36,340 bases of DNA from Nemertoderma westbladi (lineage: Eukaryota > Animalia > Xenacoelomorpha), in the NCBI GenBank assembly GCA_032718475.1, contig JAUCBJ010004867.1, forward strand, positions 1 through 36,340. The letters run 5' to 3'. Positions 26,098 to 36,133 of the stretch are shown one piece after another. A program made the position numbers and the translations under genes. The notes under the pieces were generated by a model. The model worked only from the letters and a program-made list of their open reading frames with translations. It was not told where the DNA came from and did not search any database. Positions within the stretch are counted from its first letter, which is position 1; each line of letters starts with the position of its first letter.

Positions 26098-27405
26098 GGA
26101 AGCAGGACAATTCGGTCCCGGACAATTCGGTCCGGACAATTCGGTCCCGGACAATTCGGTCCCGGACAATTCGGTTTTGGGACCGAATTGTCCGGGACCG
26201 AATTGTCCGGGACCGAATTGTCCGGATACTGACTAGGACAATTCGGTCCGGACAATTCGGTCCCGGACAATTCGGTCCCGGACAATTCGGTCCCGGACAA
26301 TTCGGTCCCATTATTTTTATGTTTTGGGACCGAATTGTCCGGGACCGAATTGTCCGGGACCGAATTGTCCGGGACCGAATTGTCCGGATACTGACTAGGA
26401 CAATTCGGTCCCAAAACATGCATATTAATGGGACCGAATTGTCCGGGACCGAATTGTCCGGGACCGAATTGTCCGGGACCGAATTGTCCGGGACCGAATT
26501 GTCCGGGACCGAATTGTCCGGGACCGAATTGTCCGGGAAAAAATTTAATTGGTACTGTACTATATAATGGTGAATGTTCTAGAACCTTAATATATATTAT
26601 TATATGGTAGCTAGTGTTTTTTTTGCTAGCTAGTATTTTTTTTTAAATAAAAAAATTTACTTTTTTTTTAACATTATTATTTACGGTAGCTATGGTGTTT
26701 TTATGGAGCTTGTGAATTATTTACTAGCTAGTAATAGTATGTATTTAAAATGTTTAAAGCTGATTTTTTTAATATATTGCGTAAGTATACTGTATGTGTT
26801 GTTGGTTGGTTAACAAGCCTAAATTATTAACCTAGATAATAGGGACAGTTATAGATATAGATAGTTAGTTATACAGATCAGGGACTGTTATAATATCATC
26901 AATATTGTTGGTAATTAATATAATCAGCAACAGTTTAGGCCTAATTCTGAAATATCATTGTTTTCACAGGTTTTTATAATTTCAAGGAAATGCTAGCTAG
27001 TAACAAAAAACACTAGCTACACCTTAATAAATAATATATAATAATGTTCTCGAACACTTACCAATAACAAAAATAAAAAAAAATACAGTATTTTTAAAAT
27101 TTCAAAAAATTCTAGCAAGTAAATAAAACTAGCTACCATAACAAATATCTCTACTAATTCACCAATATCAAAAAAGCACTAAAAAGTTGCTATCAGGAAC
27201 CGGACAATTCGGTCCCGGACAATTCGGTCCTAGGACAATTCGGTCCTAGGACAATTCGGTCCCGGACAATTCGGTCCCGGACAATTCGGTCCCATTTATT
27301 TAGTGTTTTGGGACCGAATTGTCCGGGACCGAATTGTCCGGGACCGAATTGTCCGGACCGTATTGTCCGGGACCGAATTGTCTGGGACCGAATTGTCCTA
27401 CATCC
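26098..27405. mobile_element. Foldback-type non-autonomous Mutator-like (MULE) DNA transposon with 15-bp repeat arrays
   Basis: Termini ggaagcaggacaattcggtcc / ggaccgaattgtcctacatcc. Perfect 9-bp TSD accgggtat (26089-26097, 27406-27414). ggacaattcggtccc arrays in both orientations and an AT-rich core with its own inverted repeat. Confidence 0.9.
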
Positions 27406-28561
27406 ACCGGGTATGCATATCATCCCGCATATGCTTTCCCGTTCTCTCTCTCTCTCTATCCTCTCGTAAACTTTGGTCGGCCAACTCAGCCTCTCTCACA
27501 ATCCTCTCAAGCCTCCTCGCCTCATGCTCCTTGCGCTCGCTCGTCTCTCTCGCCTCTCGCTCTTTGCGCTCATTCATCTCTCTCGCCTCTCGCTCTTTAC
27601 ATTTCCTTAATTCCCTCTCCTCACCCTCTCTAAAGTTTCTTGCGACTCTCTCAGCCCTCTCTTTACTCTCTCTCGCTAACTCTCTCTCTTTCTCTAATAA
27701 TGCGGTTCCCTCATCCAATTGCCTCTCCAACTCTCTCTGGTCCAATGCCATAATATCTAGTTGACACGCCAGATCTATCTCTAAAACCCTTCTTGCTTTT
27801 GTGGAGGATGTAGCGGACTTATCGGTTGCGACGGACTCCCGTTGCCTCTCGGTCCTACTAACTTTCCCCCGCTTTCTGGGGTACTCGCTAACCGATGACA
27901 CCGAATCCTCGGGGTTAACCTCGGGTTCGCCGTCATTCGGATCCACCCAACCCACTAACTTAATTCCCCTAGCATCCACTAAGTAAGGCCCTACGTACAC
28001 TACCTCAGGCTCCATTACCCCGGACCGCCACAACTCAAACAGTTCCGTGGCGACCCCCCTCGCTCTCTCACTCGCCAGTTCTCCCTGTCCGAAATGGACT
28101 AAATATCGAAAATGTTTATTCGACTCACCTAGCATCTGATGTAGTTTAGGCTGGTCTACCTTTCTCCCTTCTTTGGCCTCCTTAAGCAGTTTCTTGGTGG
28201 TGTTGTAGGCCCGTCGTAGCCGATCACTCGTCCCGACGTCCTCTTCGCCAACTCCGCCTCCTATCCTCGTCCGGCGTCGTACCGGCGGCCCCACCATCGC
28301 CGTTCCGGTGGGCCGTCCGTCGCAATCGGCCTGTGGCTGGCCGGCGACTTCGGTACTCCGACCGCCGTCGTGCGTCGACTCGTCTCTCCCTCGTGGTTGA
28401 TGGCCGCCCTCGGCTTGGGCCGCAGGATCATCCATCGTCGGCGAGTCCGGCATTGCTGGCCGATACCGTCGTGTCGCGGCCTCACGGATCGTTTGGTTGG
28501 TGTCGTCCGGGTCAGCAGCGGCGTGGTCTCCCTGTGGATCTCTGGTCTCCTGATCGCTCAT
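27406..28561 (-). pseudogene. gag: Gag-like N-terminal ORF (probably BEL/Pao) with long charged coiled coil, interrupted by the MULE-like element
   Basis: ~385 open codons from ATG 28561. NPEDSVSSVS...SATSSTKARR followed by an E/R-rich helix is typical of BEL/Pao Gag N-termini. No capsid or zinc-knuckle region seen, so the family is not certain. Confidence 0.55.
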
Positions 28562-28577
28562 TTTCTTTTACTTTCGC

Positions 28578-28858
28578 TGTCTCTGCAGTCACAGTTCAGT
28601 TGGAAGGTGGCAGTTAATGACTGTGACAGAGACTAGAGCTAAATTCAGTCCAACATGGAAAGTAGCCGCATACAAGCAACTAACACTACCTTCACCATAC
28701 CGTAATAACGAAAAAAATAAAAAAAATAGAAGTAGAACTGCAGATAACGTGAAATAATTAAGAACTAAAAACTACCGACTCATTAATTATGTCACACTTG
28801 CTTTATTCAATCAGTAGCTACACAGCCACCTACTTCTTTAGTATAGGTGAACCCGACA
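28578..28858 (-). mobile_element. Possible 5' LTR upstream of the gag-like ORF
   Basis: TGTC...GACA bounded 281-bp segment with AATAAA, ending 16 bp before the ATG. No matching copy in the window. Confidence 0.3.
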
Positions 28859-29197
28859 TTCCTGAAATTTCGCGAGGATCGCGACGTTTACTAAGTTCCA
28901 CATGTATTGTTATAGCTGAAATTCCATAAATTTATTTGATCGGTTTTTTAATTATGATTTTTGTAAATTTTTTTAATTTTCTAGAACATTCGCGAATATC
29001 GCGACGTTTACGAAGCTACACCTATTAGTATTTAGTTAAATATCACAAAAATGAAATGAAATCACAGAAATGTTCAATTGATAGTAACAATGTGTTGGCA
29101 AGCTGTATTTATCGAGGTGTTTGTTATTATAATAATATTATTAATTTTATTATAATAAAATGACACCTGGCTTTGAAATTAATACTCCATATCTCAA

Positions 29198-29260
29198 GAA
29201 CCTGTGGCCTAGTGGTTGTTGTCTCGGCTTCTACCTCGAGGTCCCAGGTTCGAATCCGAC
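29198..29260 (+). mobile_element. tRNA-derived SINE-like head (Pol III A and B boxes)
   Basis: A box TGGCCTAGTGG 29205-29215, B box GGTTCGAATCC 29247-29257, remnant anticodon arm ctcgg-cttctac (TCT, Arg-like). Acceptor and T stems do not pair, so it is not a tRNA gene. Confidence 0.8.
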
Positions 29261-29308
29261 ACCACGCTGATGAGACCCAGTAAGGTCGAAACGCGTACGT
29301 GGTTTGGA
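29255..29308 (+). ncRNA. Minimal type I hammerhead ribozyme
   Basis: Stem I ACCACG/CGTGGT (29261-66/29298-303), extended by TCCGA/TTGGA; core CTGATGA 29267-73; stem II GACC-cagtaa-GGTC; GAAA 29288-91; palindromic short stem III ACGCGT; cleavage triplet GTA, cut after 29297. Confidence 0.9.
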
Positions 29309-29816
29309 GAGATATATGAGATATTAATTTCAAGAAAAATTACGCGATTCCTAAATTTGAACACTACCCGGTTAAAAAGTTCGCATGTGATGGGATTAGT
29401 CCTACAATTGTGCCAATAAAAGATAAGTTATTTTCGGTAAAATAAACTTATCATTCGAGGTTAAGACCCCGAGATCCCTTCCTATAAGAAATGTTCAAAA
29501 TCGTTGCCTTAGATCGCATACGTGCACATAAAAGAAAATAAGAGAAATAGAGAATAGATATTGAAAGGGTTGGGGGAAATACTAAACAGCTTAACCAGCA
29601 AACAACGGACTATCTATCACATTATACCAAACAATCAAGATTAGGCTTTTCATCTTATTTCTGACGTCATTATCCCGACGACTGGCGTGTGATCGTCACA
29701 CTACCTACTACATTTAATCGGTAGAATGCAGGGCAGCATTCATGATCGTATGTATTGGAAGGTCATGACCACACATTTTCTTAATGCTCTTCAATATGGA
29801 AATCTTGCTTCATTAT

Positions 29817-30236
29817 GGAAACCTCTGCCTCTCCAACCAATTGTTATACTTGTATTATTGCCTTAGGAAACCTCTGCCTTTCCAACCAATTGTTATACTT
29901 GTTTGTATTATTGCCTTAGGAAACCTCTGCCTTTCCAACCAATTGTTATACTTGTTTGTATTATTGCCTTAGGAAACCTCTGCCTCTCCAACCAATTGTT
30001 ATACTTGTTTGTATTATTGCCTTAGGAAACCTCTGCCTCTCCAACCAATTGTTATACTTGTTTGTATTATTGCCTTAGGAAACCTCTGCCTCTCCAACCA
30101 ATTGTTATACTTGTTTGTATTATTGCCTTAGGAAACCTCTGCCTCTCCAACCAATTGTTATACTTGTTTGTATTATTGCCTTAGGAAACCTCTGCCTCTC
30201 CAACCAATTGTTATACTTGTTTGTATTATTGCCTTA
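29817..30236. repeat. 53-bp minisatellite, 8 units
   Basis: ggaaacctctgcctYtccaaccaattgttatacttgtttgtattattgcctta at 29817 (49-bp unit), 29866, 29919, 29972, 30025, 30078, 30131 and 30184. Confidence 0.97.
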
Positions 30237-30287
30237 TTATTTACATTATTATCAAAAAGGAATAAGATGAATAATTAATTATCTCAC

Positions 30288-30422
30288 CTGTTATTCTCCA
30301 GTTTAATATATTGTGTTGTGGTTAAATTGCCCAAACTGTTGTAAAATTTTAATGTGATGTCCTCATTGGTTTCACAGTGACCATCTATACACCATCCTTT
30401 CATGCGTTGCTGATAGTTCAAA
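30288..30422 (-). CDS. Host gene exon B: middle of discoidin/F5-8 type C-like domain
   Basis: Acceptor ttattgcag, donor AG|gtgaga. 135 bp, phase 2-2, open: LNYQQRMKGWCIDGHCETNEDITLKFYNSLGNLTTTQYIKLENN. Confidence 0.85.
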
Positions 30423-30525
30423 CTGCAATAATTTATAATCGAATGAGAAGCAATAAATAACAATAATATTACATTTAGTGATTTAGAATAATCTGTTGCA
30501 TACTATGTTTATCAATGAATAAGTA

Positions 30526-31456
30526 CACCATGTCCCGTAATATAGTGTCATTTTCTGATGACACGGACCTACAAATCTGTATCATATTGCTTGAAATTTG
30601 AAACACAACTAGTATATATATACAGTTATATATATATAGGCCTAGTTATATATACATGTATATATAGTTCCTCTCACCGTCGTTGACCCCATGAAGCCGG
30701 AATTTTCGATTTTGCCTTTAAATTTTTTTTATAAGCGTTTTAAAAAAGTGTCTTTTGCGAAATCGCACCCTCCGTATCGTTGCCATTCTTCACATTAGTC
30801 GTATTTTTTTCATATCATTAAGAAGCTTGCGTTGCAAGGATTCCAAATATGTTACAATATCTGAATTTCATTGAGTAACAGCTGAGATATAGGCGTTCAA
30901 AGATTACAAGAATTTTTGTTCACTGCAGGCCATTTATTCTATTTAATAAATACACAATATTCTGGAACAATTTGTTTATGTATGATTAGCTACACAATAT
31001 AGATATTGTATAGGCATACCGCTGGTGCCTACCAACTCATAAAATAAATAACACATTCTAGAATATTGTGTATTTATTAAATAGAATAAATGGCTTGCAA
31101 CGAACGATAATTCTTGCAATCTTTGAATGCCTATTTCTCAGCTGTTTCTCAACGAAATTCAGATATTGCTACATATTTGGATTCTTTGCAACGCAAGCTT
31201 TTTAATGATATGAAAAAATTACGACTAATGTGAAGAATGGCCACGTTACGGAGGGTGCTATTTCGCAAAAGACACTTTTTTAAAACGCTTATAAAAAAAT
31301 TTAAAGGCAAAATCGAAAATTCCGGCTTCATGGGGTCATCGACGGTGAGTGGAACTAGTTATGTTTCAAAGTTAAAGCAATATGGTAAAGATTTGTAGAA
31401 AAATCTGGGGGGGACCCGTGTCATCAGAAAATGACACTGTATTACGGGACATGGTG
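30526..31456. mobile_element. Long-TIR MITE, copy 1, TA target duplication
   Basis: TA|caccatgtcccgtaata...tattacgggacatggtg|TA. ~400-bp inverted arms around a ~95-bp spacer. Same family as 34188-35104. Confidence 0.92.
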
Positions 31457-31594
31457 TATATAATGTAGATAATAGTGTATTGAACAAATCGCCATCATTG
31501 GGTCTACATAACCCAAACCCAGTAGCAGAGGCTAACAGCCTTCACTGTGTCGGGGGAGGGGACAGAATTCCTAGGGGGGGGGGGGGGGGGGGGC

Positions 31595-32310
31595 AATGAT
31601 GGATGAGGTGGAATTTAGCATGGCAGAGCATCGGAAGTGCCTGGCAGAGGCTATGAAAGCAGAGCGAGAGTAGCGGAAGAAAGAGTAGAAGACAACCCTC
31701 GAGGTGGTATTGGAGAGGATGACCGAGAGCTGACAGCATACAGTAGACTGTAGGAGGAGACATAAAACCGGCAGTTGGATATCGGCACTCTCCCTATCGG
31801 ATCTCCACAACGACCTCTCCCCTAAGGAGTTCCACAATGGATTGGCGGTTCGATATGGTTGACCCATATATTTGTCGTTATTTGGCGATATGTCATTATG
31901 GAACACGGAGTGCGTGAGCAGTTGGAAGCAGGAACGTGGCGGGGTTGCGGTGCTATGTGGGTATATGGGCCATGGGGAGCGTTTAACAGACAGACTCGGC
32001 GTTGTTCGATATTCGATCAACCAATCTTGACGCCGAGTCCTACAGTATGTTACTCGCTCTTCGAAAGAAGAGGAGAGGCAGCACTTATCGCCTTTCATGG
32101 TTTCCTGCGAGGGTGAGCGATGGCGAACAGACTCTTGTGGATAATCACCGACAGATTACAACACGCCTGGGGTAAACCCTATTCCACTGTTATGGGTTGC
32201 GTCCAATCCAGGGTGCTGTTTGCGGTTGTGCCATTGTTTGCATGGGTCACGCACCAAGTGTCGTAGTGGAGTGTTGTTTGAAGATGGTGCCGGTCTGCCT
32301 TTACCCTAAT
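31595..32310 (+). mobile_element. Highly degenerate CRE-clade non-LTR retrotransposon 3' fragment
   Basis: KTGSWISALPI, HNDLSPKEFHNGLAVRYG, ALFDIR, DRLQHAWGKPYSTVMG, FEDGAGL, with internal deletions. Confidence 0.7.
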
Positions 32311-32481
32311 GTATAAATTTATTTTAAATTTTCCGCCATTTTGCTTTTAGTTAATCAAAAATATTCTGCTGGTGGGTGCCGATTTGTGTGTGTTATAAGT
32401 ATTTTTTATTTTATAACAATGTTGGATTAATGATAATGAAAGACATGTAAATTAGTTATTTTTTCATCCCAACTACCCAAC

Positions 32482-32644
32482 CTTGTTATAGTTTTTGGAC
32501 CACTTAAAAATATGTTAAACCAAGCTCCCGGCCCTTCTTTATCAGTCGCCCAATCACTGTCATCGTTCTTAAGAGCGTTCGTACAAAATAGACTCGACGA
32601 GCTTGAAGATGCGTTACAAGTAGCATCTTCAGAGACAAGAGCAT
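32482..32644 (-). CDS. Host gene exon A: N-terminal part of discoidin/F5-8 type C-like domain
   Basis: Acceptor tttctttttgtttag, donor AG|gttggg. 163 bp, phase 1-2: ALVSEDATCNASSSSSSLFCTNALKNDDSDWATDKEGPGAWFNIFLSGPKTIT, with the ASS..NA..W..W pattern of discoidin domains. Confidence 0.85.
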
Positions 32645-32684
32645 CTAAACAAAAAGAAATAATTTGTTAATGCAGTATAATATG

Positions 32685-32823
32685 CAATTATTTCCCGGTT
32701 GTTTTGTTGTTTTTCCGGTTGTTTATATCCGATGAGTTGTAGGAACTACTCATCGGAAGGACTGTTTCCTTCTCCGAGGGTTAAAATAACCGGAAAAACA
32801 ACAAAACAACCGGGAAATAATTG
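32685..32823. repeat. Branched hairpin: ~40-bp near-perfect inverted repeat with internal stem-loops
   Basis: caattatttcccggttgttttgttgtttttccggtt pairs perfectly with 32788-32823. Inner hairpins ccgatgagt/actcatcgg and gaagga/tccttc. Confidence 0.85.
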
Positions 32824-33777
32824 TGTTGTTGAATATTTAGTCAGGCAAAACATCACAGTGGTTAGGAAAACAAAACCAATGCCTATTACAAGTTAAATTG
32901 TTAAATGCATTAACATATTCTAAAGAGGGTTTAGTTTGGGGGGGTCCAGTGTAGAAAATGGGGCTTGGTCTTTTTGGGGGTTAAACAAATAACATTACTT
33001 ATTATTTTTTCAACTTTACTATAAATATGTTACGGGTAAATTGGTCAAGCTAAATTTAATTTTTTTGACTCTCAAAACAAAAACAATTACAATTAATTAT
33101 AATAATTATAATACAGTATATCTGAAAAATGAACCTTTTCGCTCTAAAATTGGTAAACTGAATTGCTAAAAAGTAAGCTTTCGCTCACTATTAATAGTTT
33201 ATATCACTAAATTAATTATAGAAAATAGAGAAGAGAAAGGAACGAGTCGACAAAGTGCAGCTGCTACTTCATTTATTGAATTCGGCACCCGGCAGCTCAG
33301 TGCTTATTATTTTTTTTTTGTAAAATCAATCCTTAAAAAATTTGATATGATATAATGACAGATATTGTTTTATACAGTAAGATCCGTTGAATAAACCTAA
33401 TTCATAAAGTGGCAAAAAAGTGACATATTTTTTAAATAAGTGTTTCTTTGATGTTAAGAAACAAAAAAAACCTAAAAAAAAACAGAAAAGAAACGATAAT
33501 TTCGTATTTCAATGTATTGTTAATTGTTTCATTTTTTATCTGACGAAAGAATAAAGGTCACCTGTAGTGTATAACATACATTATGTAGATGTTTATAGTA
33601 TTCTTCTATTTATTACGAATAGGTCAGAATATTATTATTTAATTTTGCCAGTATTATATACTTCTACATTCTTTCTCAAATTACAGCTAGCATTAGTAGG
33701 CAATTTACCAACTAGTTAGTGACGGGCCTAGAAGGCCCAATAAGGAACCGACCTTTTGTTTCATAAAAACAGTCATC

Positions 33778-33955
33778 TGGTTGCGGTTACAAATTTGAGT
33801 TCCTGGATACAAATCTGAGTTTCTAGTTACAAATCTGAGAATCCTGTATCAAATTGGAGTTCCCGGTTACAAATCTGAGTGCCTGGTTACGAATTGGCTT
33901 TCCCAGTTATGAATTTGAGTACCTGGTTAAAAATCTGTGTTCTTGGTTACAAATC
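33778..33955. repeat. Degenerate 20-bp minisatellite (~9 units)
   Basis: Consensus ggttacaaatctgagttcct. Confidence 0.85.
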
Positions 33956-34187
33956 AGCTTAAGCTTAAAGCTTAAGCATGAAACCATGGCATGCATCATC
34001 GACCAATTAAAATAGCAAATGTTTCCGACGTCCTGGATCCAAAGGGATGACGCCGATGGAAGTTCTGTGGGGTTTCAATCGATCCACACTTTGGCTGTAC
34101 ATCAATTTTATTCTCCTACAACTAATTCTCTGTAAACGATCTGATTCTAAACATTTGGCCTTCCCCAACATCAATTATTAGAATATA

Positions 34188-35104
34188 CACCATGACCCGT
34201 AATTTAGTGTCATTTTCTGATGACACGGACCCCCCCCCCCCCCCCCCCCCAAATTTTTCTACAAATCTTTATCATTTTGCTTGAAATTTGAAACACAACT
34301 AGTTCAACTCACCGTGGTTGTTACCATGAAGCCGGAGTTTTCGATTTCGCCTTTAAATTTTATTTATAAGCGTTTTAAAAAAGTGTCTTTTGCGAAATCG
34401 CACCCTCTGTATCATTGCCATTCTTCACATTAGTCGTAATTTTTTCACATCAATAGAAAGCTTGCGTTGAAAGGATTCCAAATGTGTAACAATATCTGAA
34501 TTTCATTGAGTAACAGCTGAGATATAGGCGTTCAAAGATTGCAAGAATTATCGTTCACTGCAGGCCATTTATTATATTTAATAAATACACAATATTCTGG
34601 AACAATTTGTTTATGTATGAATAGCTACACAATATAGATATTGTATAGGCATACCGCTGTTGCCAACCAACTCATAAAATAAATAACACGTTATAGAATA
34701 TTGTGTATTTATTAAATAGAATAAATGGCCTGCAGCGAACAATAATTCTTGCAATCTTTGAACGCCTATTTCTCAGCTGTTTCTCAATGAAATTCAGATA
34801 TTGCTACATATTTGGAATCCTTGCAACGCAAGCTTTCTATTGATGTGAAAAAATCACGACTAAAGTGAAGAATGGCAATGATACAGAGGGTGCGATTTCG
34901 CAAAAGACACTTTTTTAAAACGCTTATAAATAAAATTTAAAGGCGAAATCGAAAATTCCGGCTTCATGGTAACTGGTAACAACCACGGTGAGTGGAACTA
35001 GTTGTGTTTCAAATTTCAAACAATATGATAAAGATTTGTAGAAAAATTTGGGGGGGGGGGGGTCCGTGTCATCTGAAAATGACACTATATTACGGGTCAT
35101 GGTG
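34188..35104. mobile_element. Long-TIR MITE, copy 2, TA target duplication
   Basis: TA|caccatgacccgtaat...attacgggtcatggtg|TA, followed by (TA)n. ~410-bp inverted arms and the same spacer as copy 1. Confidence 0.93.
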
Positions 35105-35991
35105 TATATATATATATATATATATATATACACAAAATGTAGCAGAACCGTCACTAATATATATTTCAAAGACATACATATGGTTTTATATTAACATTTC
35201 TTATATTTTAATTTTATTACCTAATACATTTTATTTAACTATTTTATTATGAAATGAATCAAAATGTTTAACATTAGAAACAAATTGCTTTTTGCAAATC
35301 GTCATGGTTCGGCTGCTATGGTCAATATACATATAATTTTTGTATTCTGAAACTGAATATACAAAAACCCTTCAGTTAATGGGAAGATTTGACGGCTATG
35401 CTACTTATATATATTAAACTTTGGGAGTGGTGATGGTAGCATTTCGAGATATCTTTAAAAACACAAGATTATTTCTATATATAGAATTTGTACATATAGC
35501 GAATATGCAAACCGCTATAAATTGCTACATTTTGTTATCCTTAATTATATTAAATAATACTGTAGCCCATTAGTAGCAAAGTGAAATTACAATATGAAAT
35601 TATAAAATAATAATTTATAATAATAATAATAAAATAATTTATAATAAATTTATAACTATAAATTTTCAGATAATATCTGAAAATGTAAGGAAACATATGT
35701 AAGACTGCTATTGAGAAATATATAATGTAGTAGAATAATTGGGGGTCCCTAGCTTCTGTATGTAGGACGTAGAAGGCCACTGTTATTATAGTAGTAGAGT
35801 ACCGCCGTGCTATTTCAGTATTTAGTCTGTGCGATTTTGTGCTAGTTTTATTCTGCAATTTCCAATCATTACAAATTAGGCCACTTATTTTCGTATTTCG
35901 ATAGAACTTATATGTGTAGTATGCATTGATAATGACGTAAATTACGAAATCTACAGTATCTATCAAAATCTATCTAAAATTATTCGAAATA

Positions 35992-36133
35992 TATCCATCC
36001 AACATCCATGATGGATCCGTCCAACATCCATGACGGATCCATCCAACATCCATGACGGATCCGTCCAACATCCATGATGGATCCGTCCAACATCCATGAT
36101 GGATCCGTCCAACATCCATGATGGATCCGTCCA
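35992..36133. repeat. 22-bp minisatellite (~6 units) with palindromic core
   Basis: catccatgaYggatccRtccaa reiterated. Confidence 0.92.

Noticed and set aside
26019-26610. ORFs with GPNCP / TELSG / DRIVR repeats
   Set aside because: Translations of the 15-bp TIR arrays of the MULE-like element.
4475-28858. A single 24-kb LTR insertion
   Set aside because: The end segments are not direct repeats, and the flanks (taatt vs ttcct) give no TSD.
29198-29270. Functional tRNA-Arg(TCT) gene
   Set aside because: Acceptor stem and most of the T stem cannot pair, and the 3' side is replaced by the hammerhead.
29817-30236. CRISPR array (also considered for the 36-bp, 28-bp and 15-bp arrays)
   Set aside because: Head-to-tail repeats with no unique spacers, no cas genes, and a eukaryotic context.
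30555-30575. CTGATGA as a second hammerhead core (also ~34217)
   Set aside because: No stem II plus GAAA follows; it is part of the gtgtca...tgacac hairpin in the MITE TIR.
35550-35966. 138-aa hydrophobic ORF
   Set aside because: Ile/Tyr/Phe/Asn bias expected from AT-rich non-coding DNA; no domain signal.
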